Shown: positions 1 through 9,376, counted from the first letter of the stretch. The stretch: DNA of 64,000 bases from a bacterium (GCA_965242545.1 OZ251456.1:2947093-3011092), one strand, 5' to 3'. Program-made: numbers and translations. Notes: generated from the sequence alone by a model not told the origin.

Positions 1-206
1 TCTCGTCCGGGTCGCGGTTCGCGCCCGCCAGCATCGCCCCCAGGCGCTCCTCGGTCGGGGGGACGACGGGCAGGCCGTCCGACCAGGGCTTGTCGAAGAA
101 AAACTCGAACGCATCCACGGGAGGCGCGGTCACGGAATCTCCAGACTTTTCGCCGAAAGCGAAAAAGGCGACCCGAAAAGCGTCGGGAGCGAAATGAGGG
201 CGCGCC

Positions 207-647
207 CTATTTCCCGCTCTCGTCGATTCGCTTCTTCAGATCTTCCGCCAGCGGCGAGCGCAGAAGAACCAGTTTTCGATAGTCGCGCGCCGCGGCGGCG
301 CGGTCTCCCCGCAGCAGATGGGCGACACCCCGGTATTCGACCGCCTCGGCGTAGTCGGGCTTCACGGCCAGGGCGCCGTCGTACGCCGCGACCGCCTCCT
401 CCAGGCGGCCCAGGTGGCGAAGGGCGTAGCCCATCAGGGTCCGCGCCCTGAAGTCCGCGGGATTCGCGGCGACCGCCCGGCGGAAATGCGAAAGCGCCCC
501 CCGCATGTCCCCGTCGTGAAGGCGGACGCGGCCCAGCTCGTAGGCGGAGGCCGGATGTTCGGGCAGGGGCCGCTTCGAGGGATCGTAAGCCCCCGCGGAG
601 GGGGCGGCGCCGAGAAGCAGGACAAGGGCGAGCGCTGCGATTTTCAC
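207..647 (-). CDS. Secreted TPR-repeat protein (N-terminal signal peptide)
   Basis: N-terminal hydrophobic signal peptide 'MKIAALALVLLLGAAPSAGA', followed by tetratricopeptide-like helical repeats (ALSHFRRAVAANP / AVAAYDGALAVKPDYAEA). Confidence 0.55.
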   Translation of the reverse strand: MKIAALALVLLLGAAPSAGAYDPSKRPLPEHPASAYELGRVRLHDGDMRGALSHFRRAVAANPADFRARTLMGYALRHLGRLEEAVAAYDGALAVKPDYAEAVEYRGVAHLLRGDRAAAARDYRKLVLLRSPLAEDLKKRIDESGK

Positions 648-961
648 GTCCGGATTCCTCCCGAATCGCGGCCGGGCCGGCCGCGATGAAGCCGCCGGCG
701 CGCCGCCCGGCTAGGCGACGGCGCGCCCGACGTGCGTTGAAAGATATTTTCGCCCTTCATCGTCATTCCGGCGGAAGCCGGAAACCATCGTTTTCCCGTC
801 GGCTCCGGATCGCTCCCGCGACGGCGCGAGCCGAATATATCATCCCGCCCGGAAATATACACGGGCGCTGGACAGATTGCGAGTCCTGAACGCTACAATG
901 CGCCCGGGACGCCTCTCGCGTCCGCGACCGGATTTCCACGCCGTCCGCAGGAGTTTCTCTC

Positions 962-1348
962 ATGCCGATTTACAGGGATTTCGCCAACCGGGAGCAGGGA
1001 AAGGCCGCCGACTACGTGTCCGCGAACGCCGCGTGGGTCGATGGCGCTCACGCCACCATCGGTTATTTCCGCATGGAGGCGCGCGCCCACTCCAGCCCGC
1101 ACCATCACCACGACGAGCAGTTTCTGTATCTGCTGAAGGGGAGGCTTCGCGCCGCCGTGGAAGGCGAGATTCTGGAAGCCGGCCCCGGGGACCTGCTCCA
1201 GTTCCGGCCCGGCGAGGTGCACGAGATCATGGCGCTGGAGGAGGTGGTGGAATTCCTCCTGACGAGAAGCCCGGCGCGCCCGAATCTGGACGCGCTCGCC
1301 CTCGCGCCCGAGGGCGAAAAGGCGAAAAGCGTTCTGCGTCCGGAATGA
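962..1348 (+). CDS. Cupin-domain protein
   Basis: Single cupin fold: His-rich metal motif 'HSSPHHHHDEQFLYLLKG' and second motif 'PGEVHEI'. Confidence 0.6.
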   Translation: MPIYRDFANREQGKAADYVSANAAWVDGAHATIGYFRMEARAHSSPHHHHDEQFLYLLKGRLRAAVEGEILEAGPGDLLQFRPGEVHEIMALEEVVEFLLTRSPARPNLDALALAPEGEKAKSVLRPE

Positions 1349-1435
1349 GGAGGAGACCGATCGGGCCGGAATCTTCCGCGCCGATCGGCGCCGCGCGCGA
1401 AAGAAAAGGGGATTATCAAGATAATTTGACGCCGC

Positions 1436-2269
1436 TCAGTCGAGCATAGGCCTGAGCCGCTGGCGCAAGTCGGCCTCGAACTCGCCTCGCTGGACGGTGT
1501 GAGCGGCCAGCAACTTGTCCGTCGAGGCTTCCAACGTGAGCACTTCCCAGTGACCCTGCACCATCCGATGGTCGTGGATCTCGGGCACCAACCAGAGCAC
1601 GTCTCCGTCGTTCGGGTCATGACTTGGACGCGGAGAAGGGCCTCCGATGGCATCGAAAAACGGACGATCCACCGCTACAGCGATCTTGGACCCCCACCGG
1701 CGCAACGTCGGCCCTTTGACCTGCAACTGCGGCATGAGACGCTTGGCGCTGGACGATCGCCAATCGGGACGGCGGAGACGCGACGGATACGGCGAATCAG
1801 GACTCTTCCGCAGCCGCTCGAACTCAACGCTCATACTCGGTCCGGAGAAGTACACCGCCTGCACCTCCAGACCGAACCACATCGCCGCGTCTTCCGTGTG
1901 GGCCAGCACGATGTCGATGCGCCCCGCCGCCTTATTCGTGATCCGGTTCATCATGAACGGGACTTCTCGGGCCACATAGGCGGTCTCATGCTGAAATCCT
2001 ACGATATCCGCGAGCCAGCGCAGGAGCTGCCCGTCCTCGTCGAAGCGAGCCGGACAGACGATCACCGGTTCGCCCGCTGGTTCGCCGGACTCCTCGTACC
2101 TTTGGAGGCTGCATACTCCGCCCTGCTTGCTGCATTGCATCCCCGCGAAGGGACACGCCGGGGCGTTTCCTCGCGTCGACAGGGCAGTCGCGGCCCGGCG
2201 GCGGCGCTCGTCAGGCGAGAGCGCCAGCAGGGGCCTGCCGTACCACTCGCCGATCCCGTATCGACTCAT
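1436..2269 (-). CDS. Type II restriction endonuclease, NotI family (putative)
   Basis: Cys4 cluster pattern CPF..C...GVC...VCP.RF followed by a 'GRIDIVLA ... GLEVQAVYFSG' block, matching the NotI metal-binding/PD-(D/E)xK layout as I remember it. Start overlaps the stop of the upstream methyltransferase by 4 bp (ATGA). Confidence 0.5.
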   Translation of the reverse strand: MSRYGIGEWYGRPLLALSPDERRRRAATALSTRGNAPACPFAGMQCSKQGGVCSLQRYEESGEPAGEPVIVCPARFDEDGQLLRWLADIVGFQHETAYVAREVPFMMNRITNKAAGRIDIVLAHTEDAAMWFGLEVQAVYFSGPSMSVEFERLRKSPDSPYPSRLRRPDWRSSSAKRLMPQLQVKGPTLRRWGSKIAVAVDRPFFDAIGGPSPRPSHDPNDGDVLWLVPEIHDHRMVQGHWEVLTLEASTDKLLAAHTVQRGEFEADLRQRLRPMLD

Positions 2270-3204
2270 GCGAATGTCTGTTGCCTCGTGATCACCAACT
2301 CGGGAACCTTCGCGTGGTGCCCGTTCTTCATGGCTACGATCACCGCGTGGAAGCGATGCTTCTCCAGCAACGCGATGACTTCCGGGGAACAGTCGTAGGT
2401 CATGAGAAATTCGACCTTGGTGTCCGCCATTAGCTCGAACAGCCGAACATGATCAAGGTCGTTATGGGCATACAGGCGCGCGCCCGCGCGTTTCCCGCCA
2501 TCGGTCGTATACGGCGGGTCAAGAAAGAAGCAGGCATGGTCATGGTGACCCGCCGCGCTCTCCAAGTACGCCAGTCCGTCTCCCTCGAAGAACGAGATGC
2601 GGTCCTGATGGTCCCCGATGAGCCGGAGACGCTTGCAGAGCGTCTCGGGATACCACCGCGATCCTATTCCCGCCCCGTTCTCGCCGCTCCTCGTCAGAGA
2701 CGCCCCAGGGGCCAGAATGCCGCCTCGCCTGGTCCGGTTGAGCACCAACGTTCGGAATCCGTGGCTCACCACGTCGTTCGGGGCTTGGCTCTCCAAGGCC
2801 CGCACGGTCTCCCGGGTCGGCTCGAAGTCCGCGATCCGGTCGATAAGCTCCTGGGTGTGCTGCAGAGCCGCGCGCCAGAACGCAGCGACGTCACGATCCA
2901 TATCCACCATGAGCGCGCGCGCAACGAACTGTTCCACGACAGCGAGCAGCGACACGACGGCTCCGCCGGCGAAGGGTTCGATGATGACCTCTCGGGGTCC
3001 GAGATTCTTGAGCCAGACGCGGATGTGGGGGATCAGCCAAGTCTTGCCGCCCGGATACCGGAGCGGGCTCAGCTGGGGGACGGAAGCGACATTAACGGCG
3101 GGAATGGGGGATTCGGGAAGTATGGTTCGGAGAGGTCGCAAGAGGGCGCGGGCCATCTTCTCGGGGGTTGCGCTGTCGTAGAACCCATCGGGGAGCGTCT
3201 GCAT
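2266..3204 (-). CDS. Dam-family (D12 class) N6-adenine DNA methyltransferase
   Basis: Motif I 'LRYPGGKTWL' (FxGxG-like, Dam 'AGGK' type) and motif IV 'DPPY' (FFLDPPYTTDGG). Strong AGGAGG ribosome-binding site directly upstream of the ATG at 3204. Confidence 0.85.
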   Translation of the reverse strand: MQTLPDGFYDSATPEKMARALLRPLRTILPESPIPAVNVASVPQLSPLRYPGGKTWLIPHIRVWLKNLGPREVIIEPFAGGAVVSLLAVVEQFVARALMVDMDRDVAAFWRAALQHTQELIDRIADFEPTRETVRALESQAPNDVVSHGFRTLVLNRTRRGGILAPGASLTRSGENGAGIGSRWYPETLCKRLRLIGDHQDRISFFEGDGLAYLESAAGHHDHACFFLDPPYTTDGGKRAGARLYAHNDLDHVRLFELMADTKVEFLMTYDCSPEVIALLEKHRFHAVIVAMKNGHHAKVPELVITRQQTFA

Positions 3205-3207
3205 GGC

Positions 3208-3465
3208 TCAGTCCTCCTGATGTGCGCCCGAAGGGAGTCCGTCATCGGCGATGAGCCCTCGGCGCATGAGGCGCTTCCCGATGAGCCCGGCTACGGCATG
3301 TCGCATGATATTCAGCGCGCCCTCCTCTCTCAGGTTGCGCTTCGCGGCGAATTGCCGGACATGCCGATCAAGATGCTTCGGGCTCGTCTTGTGGCAGGCG
3401 CCGGCATACGCCCGCTTGAGCGCGGCACGGAAGCTCTCGACGCCATTCGTGCACGCATTGCAACT
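3208..3465 (-). mobile_element. IS1595-family transposase, C-terminal fragment (remnant, no start codon)
   Basis: Minus-strand frame reads '...ACTNGVESFRAALKRAYAGACHKTSPKHLDRHVRQFAAKRNLREE...HQED*'. This matches the conserved IS1595/ISXO2 C-terminal block 'HTNTIEGFWSLLKRGIVGTYHHVSPKHLQRYLDEFAFRYN'. The frame is open upstream only to 3552, has no Met, and runs into osmC in another frame. The stop TGA is 3 nt before the methyltransferase ATG. Confidence 0.5.
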
Positions 3466-3497
3466 CCAACCCCCGGGCGCGGGAAGCGAGCGCGGGC

Positions 3498-3968
3498 CTA
3501 TTCGTTGATGTGCCAGACGTCCTTCATGGCGCAGCCGCTCGCGCTGAACAGGTTATAGACGGGACATCTGCGGAAATAGTCCGCCTTGAGCGCCTCGATC
3601 TGCTCGTCGCTCGCCTCGATCTCGAGCCAGATTTCGCTGCGGGCCTCGCTCGGATTCGAGCGGTATCCCTCCTGGCCCGCGATGCCCCTGGGGCTGTAGA
3701 CGATGGAGGACTTCACCTTGAGGGAGCCTATCTCGAGCTTCGCCTCCTTCGCGCACCTCTCCAGAATCACCGCCGTGCAGCCCGCGAGCGACGTCACGAG
3801 ATAGCCCGTGGGCGAGGGGCCCTCGTCCGAGCCGCCCAGCCGCCTGGGTTCGTCCACCACCATCGTATGCCCGCCCTTGATGGTGACGACGCTCTTTGCG
3901 TGGCCCTTGAAGTCGGCCTCCGCCCAGTTCTCGGTGGTCTCCGGCAGCTCCTTCGGTCGAATCGTCAT
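3498..3968 (-). CDS. osmC: OsmC/Ohr-family peroxiredoxin-like protein
   Basis: OsmC core 'GPSPTGYLVTSLAGCTAVIL' and C-terminal Cys region. Start chosen at the internal ATG ('MTIRPKEL', 3966-3968), which gives ~155 aa typical of the family. The track ORF extends to 4175 with a non-homologous N-terminus. Confidence 0.75.
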   Translation of the reverse strand: MTIRPKELPETTENWAEADFKGHAKSVVTIKGGHTMVVDEPRRLGGSDEGPSPTGYLVTSLAGCTAVILERCAKEAKLEIGSLKVKSSIVYSPRGIAGQEGYRSNPSEARSEIWLEIEASDEQIEALKADYFRRCPVYNLFSASGCAMKDVWHINE

Positions 3969-4086
3969 CCCGGCTCCCTCTCCCTGACTCGCGCCCGAAT
4001 CTCCCCCGGCGACCCACGCCGGCATCGTCTTTTTGTAAAAGAGGATCATATCCCAAATCACCCCGGCGTTCCCGGGAAATATCGGG

Positions 4087-5493
4087 TTATTTCTCCTGGT
4101 TGCTTTCCCGTGCGGTGCGGCCCTTTTCGTGAACAGGTGAACGCTCGGCGACATCCGGCGCGTCTCTTCGGTCAATGCGACGCTTGTTCAACAGCTGGGT
4201 CTGAACCACCCATTCAGAAACACGGAAACGCTTTGCTGTTTCATGCCGTTTTTCATCCGAGGAATAATCCTCAGCCATCATCTCATCCACGGAGGCAAAC
4301 GGACTCAGAAGTTCCGCGGCGAACGCGCGCTGCATCTTCTGCCGATAGCTGTAGGCGCGCGTAACGGGGAAAAGCGGCTCGCCGGATTGAACGAGCTGAT
4401 TCTGAAATACAAGATCGCCGATCAGGCGAGCAAGATCGAAACGCCGGCCCGTTTCCATTTTCGAGCTGAGATACACAAGCGCGCGCGCGTCCTCTCCGGC
4501 GAGGGCGAAAGATATTTTAGGCGACTGCCCGTTTTTCTCCGAAATCGCGTCTCGCATACTTCCGGCGAATTCCACAAGTTGCTTGTCGGAAATTAACTGT
4601 CCATCCAGGTTTTCCTGGTCGCGGATTCTTTTTGCGCAAAACTCTCCCACGCGCCAAGCTTCTTCTCGCCCCAGTTGCGGCATTCCCGTCACGTCGCCCA
4701 GCTTGATCGCGTCATCTGGATTGGCCTCGAAACCCTCCCGCTTGGCGATGTCCGAGATGTCGCTCGCCCGCATCATGCCGTCCAAGGCATCGGTGTCAAG
4801 CGTTGCGTCGGCGGCGAGTTCTCCCAGTGCCTTTTCTCCCAATTTCGCCGCATCGTCGAGACGACGGCGAATCGCGGCCTCGTCGGCTTCGCCCGGCTCG
4901 TAGCCGAGCTGCGCTTCCAGCCGCCGAAACCGGGCGATGTCCGGTTTGCTTCTCTCCTCTTTCAGATCGCTCCACAGGCGATGGAGATTGGTTTCCCGGA
5001 CGTCCTTCGCTTCAAGCCTGCTCAGGATATCTTTCAGGAATCCGTCGAAGGCGGCCTCCGGGCTGTCCGCCGGAACCGCCTGGCGCTTTGCTCCCATGTA
5101 ACGGAACAGAGCCGTTTCGGGACTCCCGGAAGGTTCGGAAGTCAAGAAGGATTGCAACCCGTCAGAGTAAATGGTGACGTTGGGCCATGCGTAGCCCTCG
5201 CCGATTGCCGACATCCGATGCGCGAAATCCCAACGACTCACGGCGTTTTCGTCGGTCGAACGGGGGCGGCCAACCTCCCAGCGAAGCCGCCACCAGTTCC
5301 AGGCGATCCATTCGGCGATGGGGTAGCCGGAAACATGCGGCCCATAGCGGAGTTCCTTCCGCTCGATATCCTCGCCCGCAGTCAGTGGGTGTCCGTTCGC
5401 CGCCACCGAGAAAAGGCCGAACGTCGCCCGCTCTTCAGCCGACCCGGAAGCGAGGCGTTCGGAGGAGAGTGAAATGGTCAGCTCGCCGGACAT
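4087..5493 (-). CDS. Hypothetical protein, 468 aa, with a C-terminal helix-turn-helix-like segment (downstream gene of a two-gene module)
   Basis: Long ORF with no family I can recognise. The C-terminal 'DEKRHETAKRFRVSEWVVQTQLLNKRRI' looks like a DNA-binding helix-turn-helix. The ATG at 5493 is preceded by AAGGAG and lies 12 nt after the stop of the upstream 156-aa gene. The track starts at GTG 5505. Confidence 0.55.
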   Translation of the reverse strand: MSGELTISLSSERLASGSAEERATFGLFSVAANGHPLTAGEDIERKELRYGPHVSGYPIAEWIAWNWWRLRWEVGRPRSTDENAVSRWDFAHRMSAIGEGYAWPNVTIYSDGLQSFLTSEPSGSPETALFRYMGAKRQAVPADSPEAAFDGFLKDILSRLEAKDVRETNLHRLWSDLKEERSKPDIARFRRLEAQLGYEPGEADEAAIRRRLDDAAKLGEKALGELAADATLDTDALDGMMRASDISDIAKREGFEANPDDAIKLGDVTGMPQLGREEAWRVGEFCAKRIRDQENLDGQLISDKQLVEFAGSMRDAISEKNGQSPKISFALAGEDARALVYLSSKMETGRRFDLARLIGDLVFQNQLVQSGEPLFPVTRAYSYRQKMQRAFAAELLSPFASVDEMMAEDYSSDEKRHETAKRFRVSEWVVQTQLLNKRRIDRRDAPDVAERSPVHEKGRTARESNQEK

Positions 5494-5945
5494 CTCGAAC
5501 TCCACTCCTTGAGAATCATTTCTTTCATGGGATCATCATCGCCAAGTTCATATCCATGATAATCTCCTTCCCTCCCATGTATTGCCTCATATACGCGCCC
5601 ATCCGGGTCCACCGCCCAGACGTGTTTGGGAAACTCCCTCGTAAGGCGGCCGCTGATCATACCTCGCCTTATGCCCTCCCGAAAGAGAGCCTTCGCTTCG
5701 GCGCGCTCCACTATCCTGCCGCCATCGCATAATGATTTGTTCGGGCGCGGATTCGCCGGCGGGTGAAAGCCATAGTCGGCGGCGTTCCGTTTGTGGAGAG
5801 AGCTGCCCGTATATTTCGCCCTGCTTGCGTATCGCTCCAGAACATCCGGGGCAACCTCGTCTTTTGGGATGATTCTGCGCTTGGGGTTGTTGCCTTGGCG
5901 CTTTCGCATTGACTGGCTTTCCTGCCAACCGATCGCCGGTTTCAT
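5478..5945 (-). CDS. Hypothetical small protein (143-156 aa), upstream gene of the two-gene module
   Basis: Real part of track ORF 5478..6341, whose N-terminal 130 aa is an alternate frame of bcp. Two candidate starts: ATG 5945, or ATG 5909 (MRKRQGNN) with a better AGGAAAG ribosome-binding site. No Walker motif and no fold I recognise. Confidence 0.45.
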   Translation of the reverse strand: MKPAIGWQESQSMRKRQGNNPKRRIIPKDEVAPDVLERYASRAKYTGSSLHKRNAADYGFHPPANPRPNKSLCDGGRIVERAEAKALFREGIRRGMISGRLTREFPKHVWAVDPDGRVYEAIHGREGDYHGYELGDDDPMKEMILKEWSSRCPAS

Positions 5946-6016
5946 GGCGTCGGCCGATAAAAGCGACTTGCAGGAGTCGTTTTGGAACCCCGCGAACACC
6001 CGCGGCGGGGCGGCGG

Positions 6017-6475
6017 CTAGAGCGCTTTCAGCACGTCCTTCGCGTGTCCGTCCACCTTCACGTTCCTGAAAACCTTTTCGACGACGCCCTTCTCGTCGAT
6101 GATGTAGGTGGTGCGGAAGATGCCGTTGAACTTTCTGCCGAACAGCGTTTTTTCGCCATACGCCCCGTATTTCGATGAAATGACGCCGTCCGGATCCGCC
6201 AGCAGGGTGAACTCCAGGCTCAGCTTCTCCGAAAATTTCTTGTGGCTGACCTCGTTGTCGGGGCTCACGCCGATGACGGTGGCGTTTTTCCGCTCCATCT
6301 TCCGCAGCTCCCTGTTGAAGTCCTGCGCCTCGGTCGTGCATCCGGGCGTGTTGTCCTTGGGGTAGAAGTAGAGGACGACCTTCCGGCCCTTGTATCCCGA
6401 AAGGCGGCGCACCTTGCCGTTCGCGTCCCGGAGGGCGAAGGCGGGCGCCCGGGCTCCCTCTTTCAGCAACGCCAT
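6017..6475 (-). CDS. bcp: Thiol peroxidase Bcp (peroxiredoxin Q)
   Basis: 'KVVLYFYPKDNTPGCTTEAQDF' peroxidatic Cys motif. Start set at 'MALLKEGARAPAF' (6473-6475). Confidence 0.85.
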   Translation of the reverse strand: MALLKEGARAPAFALRDANGKVRRLSGYKGRKVVLYFYPKDNTPGCTTEAQDFNRELRKMERKNATVIGVSPDNEVSHKKFSEKLSLEFTLLADPDGVISSKYGAYGEKTLFGRKFNGIFRTTYIIDEKGVVEKVFRNVKVDGHAKDVLKAL

Positions 6476-6613
6476 TTCGCCCCCTCCCCGAAACTCCGAA
6501 AGTCGAAAAAAATCACGCGCCCTCGGCCGCATGGCGAAGAAAAGCCGGAAAACGAAGCGTGGAGCGTCCGTCATGTTGCCACAGGCTCGCGTCCGCATCA
6601 AGGGCGGGCGGGA

Positions 6614-7462
6614 CTACAGCCCCCAGTCCCGGGCGTAGCGGAAATCCCTGTCGATGGTTCGCTGGCTGATTTTCGCGATCAGGGGCGGGCGCCTCTTGTA
6701 CTGGCTGCGCCGAACCAGCCGCCGGATGTCGTCTATCAGCCCGGGCGCGAAGCCCTCCTCCGCCAGCTCCCCGGGCGTGAAGCGGCAGTCTATCATCCGG
6801 TACAAAACGGCGTCGGCCGTCTCGTAGGCGCAGCCGAGCTCCTCCTCGTCGGTCTGCCCCGCCCACAGGTCCGCGCTCGGCGCCTTGTCCACCACCCGCG
6901 CCGGCACCCCGAGGAAGCGGGAGAGCTGGCGCACCTGCGTCTTGAACAGGTCGCCGAGGGGGTTCACGGCGCTCGCCATGTCCCCGAACAGGGTTCCGTA
7001 GCCGAGCAGAAGCTCCGTCTTGTTGCTCGTGCCGACGACCAGGGCGCCGAGCATCGCCGAGTGATCATACAGAATGGTCATGCGCTCCCGCGCCATCTTG
7101 TTGCCCCGGCGCAGGTTGTCGGCGTCGGGAAACCGCTCGAAATAGGCGTCCACCTGGGGGGAAATGTCCACCACCTCGAAGCGGACGCCGCAGGCGCCGG
7201 CGACCGCGCGCGCGTCCTTCTCGCTCTGGGGGTTCGAGAGCCGGTAGGGCATGATGACGCCCGTCACGTTCTCGGGCCCCATGGCGCGCGCCGCCAAAAA
7301 AGCGGAAAGCGCGCTGTCGATTCCGCCCGATAGCCCCAGCACCAGCTTCCGCACGCCCACCTTGGAGACCTCGTCCCGGATGAACCCGGAAAGCAGGCCG
7401 ACGGCGAGGCCGGCGTCCAGCTCGAGTTCCTCCATCGCGCCGCGAACGATCCCTTCGCTCAA
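6614..7462 (-). CDS. nadE: NH3-dependent NAD+ synthetase
   Basis: PP-loop 'SGGIDS'; ~280 aa single-domain NadE with no fused nitrilase domain. An alternative start is the Met at codon 10. Confidence 0.85.
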   Translation of the reverse strand: MSEGIVRGAMEELELDAGLAVGLLSGFIRDEVSKVGVRKLVLGLSGGIDSALSAFLAARAMGPENVTGVIMPYRLSNPQSEKDARAVAGACGVRFEVVDISPQVDAYFERFPDADNLRRGNKMARERMTILYDHSAMLGALVVGTSNKTELLLGYGTLFGDMASAVNPLGDLFKTQVRQLSRFLGVPARVVDKAPSADLWAGQTDEEELGCAYETADAVLYRMIDCRFTPGELAEEGFAPGLIDDIRRLVRRSQYKRRPPLIAKISQRTIDRDFRYARDWGL

Positions 7463-7617
7463 AAAACCCGACCTCCATGACGGGAAGCGCGCCCCTGCCT
7501 CGGTTCGCCCTCCATCATGCCCCTGGCGGACTCCGCGCGCAACGGCCGCCCGGCGATTGACCCCGCGCGGCGCCGGGGATACCTTGCCTCCATCCGCCGA
7601 ATCATCGGGAGCGCGCC

Positions 7618-8397
7618 ATGCCTTTCGTGGGGAACGTCGAAAGCCTGAAGTGGGTCTATGACGAGGAGGAGGCGCGCGAAAAAGGCTCTCCCCTCCGCAT
7701 CGACGCGCCCCGCCTCGAGGTGCGGGTCATCGTCCTGCCCCCGGGCGCCTATCCCCCCTACCACGCCCACCACGAGGAGATGGACGAGGGCTACCTCATC
7801 TGGCGCGGAAGCGGGCTGATTCACAACGGCGGCGCGGCGTTCGGGGTCGGGGAGGGCGACCTCCTCCTGAACCCGCGCGGCGCCATGCACCACATGAAAA
7901 ACGTCGGCGAGGGCGAGCTCGTGGAGTTCAATTTCAGAGGGGGCCGGATGCCGTCGGGCTTTTTCCTGCCGGAGGGCGACCCGCCCCCGAACCCGGACCC
8001 CGAGTCCGTCGGCAACCGGCCGGATCCGCCCTTTCCCTGCGTCAAGGGCCGCGTCGGGGAGCTCGCCGCGCCCTTCGACCCCGAGGGGGTGAAGGAGCGG
8101 GGGCTGAGGCGCGCCATCGCCACGGAATACCTCGAATGCCAGGTGGTTTCGTTTCCGCCGGGGGCGAGGCCGCACGTCCACCGCCACCAGAAAACCATGG
8201 ACGAGGCGACGCTCGTGCTGGAAGGGCGCATGAACTTCATCACGGAAGGCGAGACCATCGAAGCGTCCGGGGGGGACCTGGTTCACACGCCCGGAGGCGT
8301 CTGGCACACGGTTCACAACGCGAGCGGCGCTCCGGCGACGCTGTTCAATTTCAGAGGCGGGGCGCTGCCCTCGAAAACCGAATGGCGGGACGAATAA
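7618..8397 (+). CDS. Bicupin protein
   Basis: Two tandem cupin halves, each with His-rich metal motifs ([20 protein letters not shown] ... ; [20 protein letters not shown] ...). Confidence 0.65.
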   Translation: MPFVGNVESLKWVYDEEEAREKGSPLRIDAPRLEVRVIVLPPGAYPPYHAHHEEMDEGYLIWRGSGLIHNGGAAFGVGEGDLLLNPRGAMHHMKNVGEGELVEFNFRGGRMPSGFFLPEGDPPPNPDPESVGNRPDPPFPCVKGRVGELAAPFDPEGVKERGLRRAIATEYLECQVVSFPPGARPHVHRHQKTMDEATLVLEGRMNFITEGETIEASGGDLVHTPGGVWHTVHNASGAPATLFNFRGGALPSKTEWRDE

Positions 8398-8461
8398 GGC
8401 GGCCGGGCGGGAAAATACCCACCGCGCCGGCGGCCGCGGCGGGCGGCTTCGGCGCGAAGAC

Positions 8462-9322
8462 TCACCGATCCCGCGCCCTCTGAATGCGGCCGAGCTCCCG
8501 AAGGGTGAGGCGCATGTCCTCGTCCCGCACCGTGGGGGAGGAGATTCTCGCCCTTCTCACGTTCGCCGCGTCCATCGGGGCGAGGAGCAGCCGTTCCTTC
8601 GTTCGCCCCGCGCGGGCGAGCGGCTCCCCGCCGGGCGAGAGGATTTCCGAGCCGCCCCAGAAGTTGATTCCGTCCTCGTACCCGACCCTGTTGCTGAAGA
8701 TGACGTGCTGGTTGTAGACCGCGGCGTAGGTTCCCGTGAGGGCGCGCCAGACGCGCTGAATGGCGAGCCCGCCCCTGCCGCCCCGCCTGCCGACGCCCCG
8801 CGCGGGGCTCGCCGAGGGGACGATGAGCAGGTCCGCGCCGTCCAGCGAGGCGATTCCCGCCAGGCTCGGGTGCCAGGCGTCCTCGCAGATGAGGATGGCC
8901 GCCCGCCCGAACCGGGTGTCGAAGGCGCGAATCTTCTCGCCCCGGCCCAGGTAGCGGTTCTCGTCGAACAGCCCGTAGGTCGGCAGATAGACCTTGCGGT
9001 GAACGTGGAGCGTCTCGCCGCCCTCGAAATAGGCCGCCGCGTTGAAGAAGCCGTGCCCGGAGGATTCCTCCACGAAGCCGACCACGAGGGAGACGTTCCT
9101 GCTGAGGGCGGCGATCTCCTTCACGCGCGGGTCCCCGCGCGCGAGCGCCACCTCGGGCGCCATGTCCTTGAGGAAATAACCCGTCAGCGAAAGTTCGGGA
9201 AAAACCAGGAGATCGACGCCCCTTCTCTCGGCCTTCCTCACCTCCCTGACCAGCAGTTCCCGGTTCGCGTCGAGATTCCCCAGGGTCGGGCCGATCTGGG
9301 CCGCCGCCGCCAGAAATTTCAT
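8462..9322 (-). CDS. Carbon-nitrogen hydrolase (nitrilase superfamily)
   Basis: Catalytic triad context 'VFPE' (Glu), 'HRKVYLP' (Lys) and 'AILICEDAWHP' (Cys). Confidence 0.8.
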   Translation of the reverse strand: MKFLAAAAQIGPTLGNLDANRELLVREVRKAERRGVDLLVFPELSLTGYFLKDMAPEVALARGDPRVKEIAALSRNVSLVVGFVEESSGHGFFNAAAYFEGGETLHVHRKVYLPTYGLFDENRYLGRGEKIRAFDTRFGRAAILICEDAWHPSLAGIASLDGADLLIVPSASPARGVGRRGGRGGLAIQRVWRALTGTYAAVYNQHVIFSNRVGYEDGINFWGGSEILSPGGEPLARAGRTKERLLLAPMDAANVRRARISSPTVRDEDMRLTLRELGRIQRARDR

Positions 9323-9376
9323 ATTCTCTTCCCGTTCAGGTCCGGGAGAAGCCCGCGCGCGGCGCGGACCCCGGCC

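Noticed and set aside
2449-3558. 369-aa plus-strand ORF across the methyltransferase locus, and the 85-aa ORF 3251..3508
   Set aside because: They are antisense to the methyltransferase, which has unambiguous Dam motifs, and to the IS1595 remnant, which matches a known family. Neither has recognisable features.
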